DNA from: Acholeplasma sp. | GTDB taxonomy: Bacteria > Bacillota_I > Bacilli_A > Acholeplasmatales > UBA5453 | Direction: 5' to 3' | Assembly: GCA_036677365.1 (NCBI GenBank) | Contig: JAVBWN010000014.1 | Span: 127,137-191,136, forward strand | Length of the DNA stretch: 64,000 nt | Shown: positions 19,767-29,883 of the stretch, piece after piece | How positions within the stretch are numbered: position 1 is the first letter of the stretch | Layout: the number at the start of each line of letters is the position of its first letter | The notes under the pieces: model-generated | The model's database searches: none | What the model was told of the DNA's origin: nothing | What the model saw: only the letters and a program-made list of their open reading frames with translations | Made by a program: the position numbers and the translations under genes

Positions 19767-20513
19767 ATGGTCCATTACCATCTATTTGAAACATCGCCTA
19801 AATCACCACTCATCATTTTTACCCACGGGATTGGTGAGTATGGGTTGTTGTATGAAGGGATTGCAAAAAGATTCAATGCTGCTGGGTATGCGTTTCTTGT
19901 TTATGATGTGAGGGGGCATGGTCAACAGATACCACTAGGTGTGCTTAAAGATTATAAGCACCTGATAGAAGATTTGGATGAGATCATCGCTCAAGAGGAA
20001 AAAGACCGTAAAGTATTTTTGATGGGTCATTCATTGGGGGCATTGATCAGCCACTTATATGCCACTTCGAGACCAGATATTCAAGGTGTCATTTCTATTG
20101 GGTACCATTACCACATCATTTCAATGGTGAAGTGGTTGGGTTTCTTGTTTCCAAAACGAAAACTCCATCTCAATTGGGCAGATCCCAAGAGTCGCCATGA
20201 GAAAACAGAAGCAGAAATCCATGATCCCATGTTATTGAAGTTTGTGACATTTAAGATGTTGTATGAAACCATCTATAAAGCCAATAAATACATACATAAG
20301 CAATTGGATACATATAAACCAGATTTACTCGTCATCCATGGGGGTAGCGATTTAATTGTGCCATTAGATAATGCACACGCGTTATATGATAAAGCCAGTA
20401 CGAAAAACAAAGACATCATCATTTATCCAGACAGTTACCACGATGTTTTACTCGATTTTGACCAAGATTTGGTTATATCCGATATCCTTGCTTGGCTCAA
20501 TATGAAAAACTAA
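19767..20513 (+). CDS. alpha/beta hydrolase, lysophospholipase/monoacylglycerol lipase-like
   Basis: HGIGEY, DVRGHG, nucleophile elbow GHSLG, HGGSD, YHDVL. Confidence 0.88.
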   Translation: MVHYHLFETSPKSPLIIFTHGIGEYGLLYEGIAKRFNAAGYAFLVYDVRGHGQQIPLGVLKDYKHLIEDLDEIIAQEEKDRKVFLMGHSLGALISHLYATSRPDIQGVISIGYHYHIISMVKWLGFLFPKRKLHLNWADPKSRHEKTEAEIHDPMLLKFVTFKMLYETIYKANKYIHKQLDTYKPDLLVIHGGSDLIVPLDNAHALYDKASTKNKDIIIYPDSYHDVLLDFDQDLVISDILAWLNMKN

Positions 20514-20519
20514 TCCGAC

Positions 20520-20562
20520 TTTACAAGTTCTTTACAAACTGCTTACAAGAGTGTGATATATT
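20520..20562 (+). promoter_or_regulatory. PHO boxes and promoter of the pst operon
   Basis: TTTACA/TTTACA/CTTACA at 20520, 20531, 20542 (11-bp period, PhoP-type TT(A/T)ACA), then TGA-TATATT as -10. Confidence 0.82.
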
Positions 20563-20615
20563 CACATTCTTTTTTTTTGTACAATCGAGGTGAACAAAAT
20601 AAAAAAGGAGATTAT

Positions 20616-21545
20616 ATGAGAAAAATATTCTTAGTATTGGCTTTAGCATTGTCATTCAGTTTAGCTGCTTGTACATCGGGTTCATCGTTTGATGATTCCA
20701 AAAACATCACCGTTTACACCCGTGATACCACCTCAGGTACACGTGCAGGGTTTATGGAAGGGATCGGGTTCTCAGCAGCAGCTGGTTCAGATGATGTGTT
20801 GGTTGAAGGTTTCGTCATCAAAGACAACACAGGGATCATGACTTCAATGGGTACCGATGAATACGGGATTGGCTATGTATCCTTATCCTCATTAAACAAT
20901 ACAATTAAAGGGTTAAGTTTTGAAGGTGTCGCACCAACGGTTGCGAACGTACTCAACAATACTTACGGATTAAAACGCCCATTCATGTGGATGGTCAGAG
21001 ACGCTGGTGATTATGAATCGACAGAAATTGAACAATTGGTCAATGCATTCGTCGCATTCTTAGGTACCACCGATGCCGCAGACATCATCAACAACAATGG
21101 TGCGATTGCGTTACAAACCACAGTGACTTGGGATTCGATCAAAGCACAACACCCAATCACCGCTAGAAACAATTCAAACGTGACCTTACGTTTTGGTGGG
21201 TCTGACTCCATTCAAAAAGTTGCACAAGCCTTAACACAAGCATTCAGTGCGAAAGCCGGTAACTTTGTGGCTGAACACGATCACACAGGTTCTGGGGATG
21301 CTTACAAGCGTACACAAACCATTGGTTTAAGCGATCCGGTTTCTAAACACGTTGGGTTCTCTTCAAGATATTTCAAAGACACAGAAAAAGTTGGGGTTGC
21401 AACCTCGGATATGGGTCAATTGGCTTGGGACGCGATTGTTGCGATTGTCCATAAGAACAACCCAGTGACCAACATTACAGCAGCACAACTCAAAGCGATT
21501 TACGACGGTACATATACTAAGTGGTCAGACGTCGTTTCTGAATAA
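20616..21545 (+). CDS. pstS: phosphate ABC transporter substrate-binding lipoprotein (circularly permuted type)
   Basis: Lipobox LAAC; RDTTSGTR, IGYVS, LKRPF, GSDS, GFSSR, DAIVAIVH; first gene of the pst operon. Confidence 0.9.
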   Translation: MRKIFLVLALALSFSLAACTSGSSFDDSKNITVYTRDTTSGTRAGFMEGIGFSAAAGSDDVLVEGFVIKDNTGIMTSMGTDEYGIGYVSLSSLNNTIKGLSFEGVAPTVANVLNNTYGLKRPFMWMVRDAGDYESTEIEQLVNAFVAFLGTTDAADIINNNGAIALQTTVTWDSIKAQHPITARNNSNVTLRFGGSDSIQKVAQALTQAFSAKAGNFVAEHDHTGSGDAYKRTQTIGLSDPVSKHVGFSSRYFKDTEKVGVATSDMGQLAWDAIVAIVHKNNPVTNITAAQLKAIYDGTYTKWSDVVSE

Positions 21546-21554
21546 ACCTGAAAT

Positions 21555-21576
21555 AGGCCCAATCGGGTCTTTTCTT
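21555..21576 (+). terminator. hairpin / partial terminator between pstS and pstC
   Basis: AGGCCC-AATC-GGGTCT + TTTCTT. Confidence 0.6.
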
Positions 21577-21596
21577 GCATAAAAAAGGAGTATCTG

Positions 21597-22553
21597 ATGC
21601 AATCAAAAATACATTTAAAACAGACTCAAAAAAGACATAATCAATGGCTAGATAACGCCATTAAATACATCTTGATGGGTTTTGCCATATTATCTTCCTC
21701 ATTCATCTTCATCATCGCAGGTGTCATCATGGTCAAAGGGGTTACCCCTTTTATCACGAATAATGGTGGTTTAGGTCGTGTGAATCTCGCTGACTTTTTA
21801 ACGGGTTCCACGTGGTTGATTGGGGAATCGTTTAACTCCAATTTATACGCGGTGGGTTTTCTCATCATCTCCACCCTATTCATCGCGTTTTTATCGTTGC
21901 TCATCTCATTTCCAGTTGGGGTACTGACTGCCTTATTCATTGCGAAAATCGCCCCTAAAAAACTGGCTGAAACCTTAAGAACCGTCATTGAAATGCTTGC
22001 CTCGATCCCATCGATTATTTACGGTTTGTTTGGAGCGGGGATCATTTTAAAACTGGTGTATGATTTTTCAACAATCCTTGGTTTCCAATCCAAAGGTGGT
22101 AACTCGATTTTATCTTCTGTACTGGTTTTAGCCATCATGACGATTCCAACGATTGCTTCCATCAGCGAAGTGGCGATCCGTAGTGTGGATAAATCGATTG
22201 AACATGGGTCTTTAGCCCTTGGGGCATCCAAAACCCAAACGCATTTCAAAGTCGTGTTAACCTCAGCGAAGAGTGGGATATTCACCTCAGTGATCCTGGG
22301 TATTGGCCGTGTGTTAGGTGAAGCGACCGCGGTTTCATTGGTGGCGGGTGGTAGACGAAGCGGGATCAATTTTAATATTCTGGATACCACATCGACGTTA
22401 ACCACCATGATGTTAGAAGGCATGAAGGAAACCACAGGGCTCGATTATGATATTCGCTTTTCTGTCGGTATTGTCCTGATGGTAGTGATTTTGATTACCA
22501 ACTTCACCTTAAACTACATCAAACGAAAGGTGGGGAATGTCGATGTTAAATAG
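21597..22553 (+). CDS. pstC: phosphate ABC transporter permease PstC
   Basis: EMLASIPSIIYG, SLALGAS EAA loop, GRVLGEA. Confidence 0.93.
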   Translation: MQSKIHLKQTQKRHNQWLDNAIKYILMGFAILSSSFIFIIAGVIMVKGVTPFITNNGGLGRVNLADFLTGSTWLIGESFNSNLYAVGFLIISTLFIAFLSLLISFPVGVLTALFIAKIAPKKLAETLRTVIEMLASIPSIIYGLFGAGIILKLVYDFSTILGFQSKGGNSILSSVLVLAIMTIPTIASISEVAIRSVDKSIEHGSLALGASKTQTHFKVVLTSAKSGIFTSVILGIGRVLGEATAVSLVAGGRRSGINFNILDTTSTLTTMMLEGMKETTGLDYDIRFSVGIVLMVVILITNFTLNYIKRKVGNVDVK

Positions 22554-23754
22554 CCGTAGAAAAAAAGACCTCATTTTACAATCCATCACTTATATGGCTT
22601 CATTCATCTCCTTATTCGTTTTGATATCGATTCTATTATTTGTGTTCCTCAATGGATTCAAATTGCTCAATATGGACCTCATTACCCATAACTTTGAATC
22701 GACCAGTTATATCGCCGATTTGAAAGATTTTACCGGTCCTGGGGTATTCAATACCAATAAAGATTTTGATGATCACACCTATTACTCTACCAAGTGGGGG
22801 ATTGCTTTGAGTGATTCTGAAAACTTGATGGGGCATACGATTGTCTTAGTGACCTACGTTCACGAAGATTCACCGTTTAAAGATTTACGTAACAAAGGGG
22901 TAGCTACCCAAGATCTGATGTTGGATGTCGATTACGAAATCGTCCGAATTGCTTTTGACGATGGGCCATCTGCGCTATCGATTCAAGGGGCACAAAACAT
23001 GATTCAAGTATTGGATACGAAAACGACCTTCCGTGAATTGGAATATTCAACCTCAGGGGGTGGAATTCGAGGGTCCATCATCACCACACTTTATTTGATT
23101 GGCTTAACCTTATTGATTGCTTTACCTGTTGGTGTGGGTGCAGCCTTATATTTGAATGAATATGCCCCTAAAAATAAGTTCACCAAAGCATTAAGAAACT
23201 TGATAGAAACCTTAACAGGTGTCCCATCCATCATCTACGGTTTGATGGGGTTAGCCTTGTTTGTCCCAATCACCATCTCCCTCACCAAAGCGACTGGGGC
23301 AAACCTCATTTCAGGGGCACTGACATTATCCGTCATTTTGATGCCTGTCATCATCCGTACCACAGAAGAATCGCTTAAAGTGGTGCCTGATGATTATAGA
23401 CATGCCTCCCTAGCTTTGGGTGGAAATAAAACCCAAACCACCTTTAAAATTGTTTTACCGAGTGCATTTTCAGGGATTCTAACCGCGACCTTGCTCGCGA
23501 TAGGCAGAATCATAGGGGAAAGTGCAGCTTTGGTATTCGCGGTAGGTACAGCCATCAAAGACCATGTATCCATCTATGATAAATCAACGTCATTATCCGT
23601 TCATATTTGGGCGATGATGACCGATGAACCTGCCAACATTGAATTATCGACCACCATCGCCATCATCATATTGGTGATCGTGTTATCGATGAATTTATCG
23701 ATCAAATTGATCTCGAAAAGACTGTTAAGAAAGTATGGTGTCACCCATGAATAA
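22537..23754 (+). CDS. pstA: phosphate ABC transporter permease PstA with large extracellular insertion
   Basis: [33 protein letters not shown]; about 120 extra residues after TM1. Confidence 0.92.
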   Translation: MSMLNSRRKKDLILQSITYMASFISLFVLISILLFVFLNGFKLLNMDLITHNFESTSYIADLKDFTGPGVFNTNKDFDDHTYYSTKWGIALSDSENLMGHTIVLVTYVHEDSPFKDLRNKGVATQDLMLDVDYEIVRIAFDDGPSALSIQGAQNMIQVLDTKTTFRELEYSTSGGGIRGSIITTLYLIGLTLLIALPVGVGAALYLNEYAPKNKFTKALRNLIETLTGVPSIIYGLMGLALFVPITISLTKATGANLISGALTLSVILMPVIIRTTEESLKVVPDDYRHASLALGGNKTQTTFKIVLPSAFSGILTATLLAIGRIIGESAALVFAVGTAIKDHVSIYDKSTSLSVHIWAMMTDEPANIELSTTIAIIILVIVLSMNLSIKLISKRLLRKYGVTHE

Positions 23755-24502
23755 AGTATTTGATGTCAAAGGACTTGACCTTTATTATGGTCAAAAACAA
23801 GCCTTAAAACAAATTGAATTTTCAATTTATGAGAAGAAAGTCACCGCGCTGATTGGGCCATCGGGTTGTGGGAAATCGACTTTTTTACGTACCTTGAACC
23901 GGATGAACGACTTGATTGACAACTGTGTCATACAAGGCGAAATCCACTACAATCATCAACAAATTTATGATAAACAAACCGATGTCATTGGTCTTAGGAT
24001 TAAAGTTGGGATGGTATTTCAAAAACCAAACCCATTCCCGATGAGTATTTATGACAACATCGTCTATGGTCCTAGGTGCCAAGGCATTAAAAACAAAGCA
24101 GAACTCGATGAAATTGTTAAAACCGCTTTAGAACAAGCTGCCTTATGGGAAGAAGTCAAAGACCGTTTGAGAGAATCCGCCTTATCCTTATCGGGTGGAC
24201 AACAACAACGTTTGTGTATCGCTAGAGCATTGGCGATGAAACCCGAAGTCCTTCTGATGGATGAACCCACCTCAGCACTTGACCCGATCGCAACCTCCAA
24301 AATCGAGGATTTGATTTTACAACTCAAACAAAATTACACGATTGTCATTGTCACGCACAACATGCAACAAGCGGCCCGTATTTCGGACTATACCGCATTT
24401 TTCCTCTTAGGTGAAATGGTCGAATACGAAGAAACCGAACGATTATTCTCACACCCGAGGGACCAACGCACCGAAGATTACATCACCGGTCGTTTTGGAT
24501 AA
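23747..24502 (+). CDS. pstB: phosphate ABC transporter ATPase PstB
   Basis: [49 protein letters not shown]. Confidence 0.98.
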   Translation: MNKVFDVKGLDLYYGQKQALKQIEFSIYEKKVTALIGPSGCGKSTFLRTLNRMNDLIDNCVIQGEIHYNHQQIYDKQTDVIGLRIKVGMVFQKPNPFPMSIYDNIVYGPRCQGIKNKAELDEIVKTALEQAALWEEVKDRLRESALSLSGGQQQRLCIARALAMKPEVLLMDEPTSALDPIATSKIEDLILQLKQNYTIVIVTHNMQQAARISDYTAFFLLGEMVEYEETERLFSHPRDQRTEDYITGRFG

Positions 24503-24511
24503 TGATATAAT
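24503..24511 (+). promoter_or_regulatory. internal extended -10 promoter for phoU-phoP-phoR
   Basis: TGATATAAT immediately after the pstB stop, 20 bp before the phoU start. Confidence 0.55.
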
Positions 24512-24531
24512 GAAAGTAAAGGTGATTACCC

Positions 24532-25191
24532 ATGAATCGTAATACGTATCAAACCGCCTTGAATCAACTTAAAAAATCCGTCATTGAAATGGCTGACCAA
24601 GCCTTACTCAATGTCAGAGATGGCTTAAAAAGTTTTGAAACCAACGATTTGGTTTTAGCCAAAAACATCATCAAAGCCGACGACCAAATCGACATGATGG
24701 AAGAAGAAATTTCCAAACAAGCCTTAAGAATCATTTGGAAAGAACAACCCATCGCCCAAGATTTACGTTTGGTCACGACCATTCTAAAAATACTCACAGA
24801 CATTGAACGCATCGGTGACCATGCTTCAGACATTTCAGAGATTTCTTTACATTTGGAAGGTCACCAATTTGTGCGCGATTTATCGGTCGTTTTATCGATG
24901 GCTAAACACGCCGAACACATGGTCCAATCCGCGATTGAAGCGTTGGTGAGTGAAGACGCTGTGTTAGCGAAACTCATCATCGCTCAAGACGACATTGTTG
25001 ACCATGAATACCGACAAATGATTCAACTTGCTGCCCAGTGGATCAAAGACGATGTCGATGATACGCCTTATGTCATCTCCATCATCTTAATTTCTAAATA
25101 CCTTGAACGCGTCGCTGACCACGCCGTGAATATCGCCGAATGGGTTATATTTTTGGTCACGGGTTCACACAAGAATACACCCCTATTTTAA
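24532..25191 (+). CDS. phoU: phosphate signalling protein PhoU
   Basis: QPIAQDLR, DIERIGDHA, YLERVADHAVNIAE. Confidence 0.96.
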   Translation: MNRNTYQTALNQLKKSVIEMADQALLNVRDGLKSFETNDLVLAKNIIKADDQIDMMEEEISKQALRIIWKEQPIAQDLRLVTTILKILTDIERIGDHASDISEISLHLEGHQFVRDLSVVLSMAKHAEHMVQSAIEALVSEDAVLAKLIIAQDDIVDHEYRQMIQLAAQWIKDDVDDTPYVISIILISKYLERVADHAVNIAEWVIFLVTGSHKNTPLF

Positions 25192-25200
25192 GGAGGGTTT

Positions 25201-25875
25201 ATGCCAAAAATCTATTTTATCGAGGATGACCATTCGATTGCCTATGTGATTGAAAAAACCCTCAGTAACGCAAAATATGAATATAGATGGTTTCAACAGG
25301 GTAAAGACTTATTCGAAGCGATCGAAAAATCACTGCCAGATTTGATTCTTTTAGATTTGATGTTGCCCAATGAATCGGGGTTAGATCATTTGAAACGCTT
25401 GAGATCAGACAAACAAACCGAAGATATCCCTGTGATCATCTTATCGGCATTATCCAGTGAACTCGACAAAGTCACAGGTTTGGATTTGGGTGCCGATGAT
25501 TATTTAACCAAACCATTTGGGGTCTTGGAATTGTTATCGCGGATTCAAAGTAAACTCAGAAAAACCAAAATCAAAAAACGCTTGGAAATTGGTAACATTC
25601 AAATGGATTTACAAACCCGTGAGGTCACTGTGGATGCACAACTCGTCACATTGACCTATAAGGAGTTTGAACTCTTAAAACTATTGTTAGAACACCCAGA
25701 TGAAGTGTTGCACCGAGACCGCATATTTCAAGTGGTTTGGGGGTCGGATTTGGTTTTGGAGTCCAGAACCATCGACATGCATGTCAAATCGATTCGTAAA
25801 AAACTGATGGATTTGAGTGCGAGCATTGAAATCATCACCGTGAGAGCGGTGGGTTATCGGTTGGTGAAACTATGA
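25201..25875 (+). CDS. phoP: OmpR-family response regulator PhoP/PhoB
   Basis: EDD, LDLMLP, GADDYLTKPF, SRTIDMHV wHTH; located in the pst operon. Confidence 0.88.
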   Translation: MPKIYFIEDDHSIAYVIEKTLSNAKYEYRWFQQGKDLFEAIEKSLPDLILLDLMLPNESGLDHLKRLRSDKQTEDIPVIILSALSSELDKVTGLDLGADDYLTKPFGVLELLSRIQSKLRKTKIKKRLEIGNIQMDLQTREVTVDAQLVTLTYKEFELLKLLLEHPDEVLHRDRIFQVVWGSDLVLESRTIDMHVKSIRKKLMDLSASIEIITVRAVGYRLVKL

Positions 25876-27557
25876 AACGCACCTTCGTTTTATACCACCT
25901 CTTGATGACGAGTTTGCTGATTGTTTTATATTTAGCGATTTCTTTTACGCTTACCAACTTTGTCAATCAAAGACAATCGGCCTATATGCTCGATATTGTT
26001 TTAGAAGACACTTTGGTGGCTTATAATTATAAAACGGTCACAGATGAAGTCTTCGTCACCCAATTTCAAAACTCAAATAAACGCATTTCCATCATCACTC
26101 CTGAAGGGGTCACGATTGCCGATTCAATGCGCATTTCAACCTCTGGCAATCAAAATAACTACCCTGAAATCAAAAATCTAGGGCGTGCTTACACCCGATA
26201 TTCAGAAACACTCAATTTGAATTTAATGTATATCGCGAATCGTGCTGCCAATGGCAATTACGTGCGGGTTGCCATCGTTATGGATCAAAATATCGCCTTA
26301 AATACCCAAACCATTTCCATTTTAATCCTCATCTCTTTGGGGATTCTTGGGTTATCGGTAGGAAGCTATAAAAAGATTTCCGATACCTTCATGAAACCCA
26401 TCCATGACATCGCCCTGTCGGTTAAAAGTATTAAAGACGGTCATTACCAATGGGTGATGCCTGCCACACAATACGATGAAATCAATGAATTGTTACGAGA
26501 AATCAATGGGGTCAATGAATCGATTGTCAGAAACATCCATAGCCTCAATGAAAAAGAAGAATTGTTATCGATTTTGGTTAAACACATGGACCAAGGCATC
26601 TTACTGGTTGGTTCAGACCAATCGATCGTCTTTTATAATGAACTTGCACAAAAATGGTTTAACATCAAAGAACACGATTTGATCCTTTCGATTCGTAATA
26701 AAGAAATTTATGAAGCGATCAAACTCGCCACGGAAGAAGATATATCACTATCCTTTAGAGTTCCTTACCACGAACGATTCATTATGGTCACAGTCAATAG
26801 TGTATACAACAAGTTACTATTGAAATCAAAAGGCAAACAAGGGGTATTGGTTACCTTGATTGACGATACCGACCGCATTCGCCTAGAAAACAACAAACGT
26901 GATTTCTTCGCCAATGCTTCCCATGAACTGCGTACCCCACTGACAGCCATCAAAGGGTCTGCAGAACTCATCTTATATGAAATGGCGACCCCTGACGAAA
27001 AGAAAAAGTTATCACAAGAAATCATTCACCAAGTGGTGATCATGGATAACTTACTCAAAGACATGTTAGAACTCTCTAGACTTGAGAACAGACCAAAGAT
27101 GGATCAAGTCTCATTCAATTTGAAAAAGGTATTGGATGGGGTTTTAGAAGATTTGAACCCGCTCATTCAGGATAAGCAAATTCAAGTCACTTTGGAAACA
27201 CATAACGTGATGTTTAAAGGCATCGAGACCGATTTTAAATCCCTCTTTAAGAACTTGATTGAAAATGCCATCAAATACAATAAATTTGGTGGGGCCATTG
27301 ACATCGCTTTAACTCAAAATGAAGATGTCATCAAAATCAGAATTAAAGACACGGGCATTGGTATTCCAAAAGAATATCAACAACGGATTTTTGAGCGGTT
27401 CTATCAGGTCAACAAATCAAGGAATCTGTATCAAAATGGCACAGGTTTGGGTTTAGCCATCGTGAAGCATGTGGTATCTTACTATAAAGGCATCATCACG
27501 GTGGAATCAGAACTCAATGTGGGGTCTACGTTCACCATCACATTCCATAAAGAATAA
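25872..27557 (+). CDS. phoR: sensor histidine kinase PhoR
   Basis: 2 TM + HAMP + PAS; H-box ASHELRTPL, N-box NAIKYN, DTGIGI, GTGLGLAIV. Confidence 0.9.
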   Translation: MKRTFVLYHLLMTSLLIVLYLAISFTLTNFVNQRQSAYMLDIVLEDTLVAYNYKTVTDEVFVTQFQNSNKRISIITPEGVTIADSMRISTSGNQNNYPEIKNLGRAYTRYSETLNLNLMYIANRAANGNYVRVAIVMDQNIALNTQTISILILISLGILGLSVGSYKKISDTFMKPIHDIALSVKSIKDGHYQWVMPATQYDEINELLREINGVNESIVRNIHSLNEKEELLSILVKHMDQGILLVGSDQSIVFYNELAQKWFNIKEHDLILSIRNKEIYEAIKLATEEDISLSFRVPYHERFIMVTVNSVYNKLLLKSKGKQGVLVTLIDDTDRIRLENNKRDFFANASHELRTPLTAIKGSAELILYEMATPDEKKKLSQEIIHQVVIMDNLLKDMLELSRLENRPKMDQVSFNLKKVLDGVLEDLNPLIQDKQIQVTLETHNVMFKGIETDFKSLFKNLIENAIKYNKFGGAIDIALTQNEDVIKIRIKDTGIGIPKEYQQRIFERFYQVNKSRNLYQNGTGLGLAIVKHVVSYYKGIITVESELNVGSTFTITFHKE

Positions 27558-27560
27558 TAG

Positions 27561-27593
27561 AAATCCCCGCTAAGTATCGTTAGCGGGGGTTTT
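27561..27593. terminator. bidirectional terminator between convergent phoR and tetR
   Basis: AAATCCCCGCTAA-GTATCG-TTAGCGGGGGTTTT. Confidence 0.85.
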
Positions 27594-27594
27594 G

Positions 27595-28203
27595 TTATTG
27601 GTTAAACATACCGTTTTTTAAGACATACATGACTTGATCGACAATGCGGTCTAAGTCCATGTCTGTGAGGGTTTCTCTGAATAATACTTGTAAACCAACG
27701 AAGTTTGAAATCCCCATCAAAATATAGGATAAGGTTTCTAAGTCGATTGCAGCATCCACTTCACCGGAGGCTACCGATGTACTGAGTTTATCCACATAAG
27801 CACTCGAGAAGTTTTGGTAGTACTCTTTGAAGATGTCTTTATCGACGAACATCGACTCCCAAATGATTCGATAGGAAAGCGGGTCTTGCCACGCAAATTT
27901 TAAGAATGCTTTGATACCAAGGCGTTCTTTTTCATAGCGAGTATTCGCGTCTTTGATCGCTTCGTTGATGGCTTCACCAATCTTTGCTCTATACTGATGT
28001 AAGAGGTAAACATATAAAGCGAGCTTGTCATCAAAATAAATGTAAAAAGTTCCAGTGGCGATTTTTGCCTTGTCAATAATCTCATTGATTGATGTCGCTT
28101 GATAGCCTTGTTTGGAAAATAGTTTTTTACCACTATTGATTATTTTATTGAATGTCTTTTGACCATCTTTTCTTTTTGGTAAGCGATAGTTCATTTTGTC
28201 CAT
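27595..28203 (-). CDS. TetR/AcrR-family regulator, divergent from maoC-bcd-etf
   Basis: LFSKQGYQATSINEI...IATGTFYIYFDDK HTH; start at 28203 behind AGGTGA (alternatives 28209/28212). Confidence 0.92.
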   Translation of the reverse strand: MDKMNYRLPKRKDGQKTFNKIINSGKKLFSKQGYQATSINEIIDKAKIATGTFYIYFDDKLALYVYLLHQYRAKIGEAINEAIKDANTRYEKERLGIKAFLKFAWQDPLSYRIIWESMFVDKDIFKEYYQNFSSAYVDKLSTSVASGEVDAAIDLETLSYILMGISNFVGLQVLFRETLTDMDLDRIVDQVMYVLKNGMFNQ

Positions 28204-28269
28204 TTTCATCACCTATAATTAGTGTAAACGATTTCTTTGAAAAAAACAAGAGATATCTTTTTCCCCCTA

Positions 28270-28323
28270 TTGACATCTATGAATAATCGGTCTATTATAA
28301 AGGTAAGATGAACGTTTATTCAT
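28270..28323 (+). promoter_or_regulatory. maoC-bcd-etf promoter with two putative TetR operators
   Basis: TTGACA 28270-28275, 17 bp spacer, TATTAT 28293-28298. ATGAACGTTTATTCAT at 28308-28323 and an inverted 12/16 copy ATGAATAATCGGTCTA at 28279-28294. Confidence 0.7.
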
Positions 28324-28348
28324 AGTATATAATGAAGAAAGGAATATT

Positions 28349-28765
28349 ATGACAAGCAAAACAATTAAAGACATCAAGGTTGGGGATATCGCTTTTTTCG
28401 AGAAGACCATCACCGAAGAAGACGTGAAACACTTCGCACAAGTATCGGGGGATTTTAACCCTGTCCACTTGGATGAAGACTTCGCAGCACGATCGATTTT
28501 TCACCAAAGAATCGCGCATGGGGGTCTCATCAATGCTTTGTTTTCAACCGTTTTAGGCACCCAGTTGCCTGGGGTAGGGACGATTTATTTACAACAAGAT
28601 TCCAAGTTTGTAAAACCCGTCTATTTAAACGACCATATCAAGGCTACGGTCGAAGCCGAAGAAATCAATGAGGAGAAAAATCGCGTGTTGTTCAAGACAG
28701 TGGCTTATAACCAAAACAATGAACCAGTGGTTGTTGGACACGCGCTGGTGATGCCAAGACGATGA
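28349..28765 (+). CDS. MaoC/PhaJ-type (R)-specific enoyl-CoA hydratase
   Basis: Hydratase-2 motif FAQVSGDFNPVHLD, IAHG, LPGVGTIY, FVKPVYLND. Confidence 0.92.
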   Translation: MTSKTIKDIKVGDIAFFEKTITEEDVKHFAQVSGDFNPVHLDEDFAARSIFHQRIAHGGLINALFSTVLGTQLPGVGTIYLQQDSKFVKPVYLNDHIKATVEAEEINEEKNRVLFKTVAYNQNNEPVVVGHALVMPRR

Positions 28766-29883
28766 AACATGAACTCTTATTAAAAATGCTCGAAGAATTT
28801 GCTTTAAAAGAAGTGAAACCACTGGCGAAAACCATCGATGAAGAAGAAAGATTCCCCATCGAAACGGTTCAAAAAATGGCTGAACTTGGGATTTTAGGTT
28901 TACCTTATGAACCACTTTATGGTGGGGTAGGTGCGAGCTACACGGCTTATGTGGATGCGGTCCGTATTCTATCGAAATACTGTGCCACCACTGGGGTGAT
29001 TTTATCTGCCCACACCTCCTTATGTGCTTCACCCATCCATGCGTTTGGTACAGAAGCTCAAAAGGCTAAGTATTTGCCTAAACTCAATCGTGGACAGTGG
29101 TTGGGTGCCTTTGGGTTAACCGAACCGAGTGCAGGCACAGACGCCTCAAAACAACAAACCAAAGCCCTGGATAAAGGCAGTTATTATGAAATCACAGGGT
29201 CTAAAATATTCATTACCAATGCGGGTTATGCGGATCTGTACATCATTTTTGCGATGACCAATCCAGAACTCGGACTCAAAGGTATCAGTGCGTTCATCTT
29301 AGAAAAAGATACCAAAGGGTTCAGTGTTGGACCAAAAGAACGAAAGATGGGGATCCGTGGGTCATCCACCTGTGAATTGGTATTCGATAAAGTTCAAGTA
29401 CCCAAAGAAAATTTACTGGGTAAATTAGGCGAAGGTTTTAAAATCGCGATGTCTACTTTAGATGGTGGACGTATTGGGATTGCCGCCCAAGCCGTAGGGA
29501 TTGCAGAAGGGGCATTCGAACGTGCAGTGGATTATGTCAAGACCAGAAAACAGTTCGATAAACCCATCGCTTCATTCCAACATACCCAATTCAAGATTGC
29601 AGACATGAAAACCGAAATTGAAGCGGCTAAAGCATTGTTATACCAAGCAGCAACCGCGAAAGAAAAAGGCGAATCTTATTCTGACAAAGCGGCGATGGCT
29701 AAACTATACGCCTCGAGGGTCGCTTTTGAAGTTTCTGACCAAGCGATTCAACTGATGGGTGGTTATGGCTACATCCGTGATTTTGAAATCGAACGCTACT
29801 TAAGGGATGCGAAAATCACTGAAATATATGAAGGCACCAGTGAAGTCCAACGTATGGTCATTGCCGGAAAGGTGTTACGCTAA
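28762..29883 (+). CDS. bcd: acyl-CoA (butyryl-CoA-like) dehydrogenase
   Basis: FGLTEPSAGTDA, GSKIFITN, KMGIRGS, TLDGGRIGIAAQA, ITEIYEGTSEVQR. Confidence 0.9.
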   Translation: MKHELLLKMLEEFALKEVKPLAKTIDEEERFPIETVQKMAELGILGLPYEPLYGGVGASYTAYVDAVRILSKYCATTGVILSAHTSLCASPIHAFGTEAQKAKYLPKLNRGQWLGAFGLTEPSAGTDASKQQTKALDKGSYYEITGSKIFITNAGYADLYIIFAMTNPELGLKGISAFILEKDTKGFSVGPKERKMGIRGSSTCELVFDKVQVPKENLLGKLGEGFKIAMSTLDGGRIGIAAQAVGIAEGAFERAVDYVKTRKQFDKPIASFQHTQFKIADMKTEIEAAKALLYQAATAKEKGESYSDKAAMAKLYASRVAFEVSDQAIQLMGGYGYIRDFEIERYLRDAKITEIYEGTSEVQRMVIAGKVLR

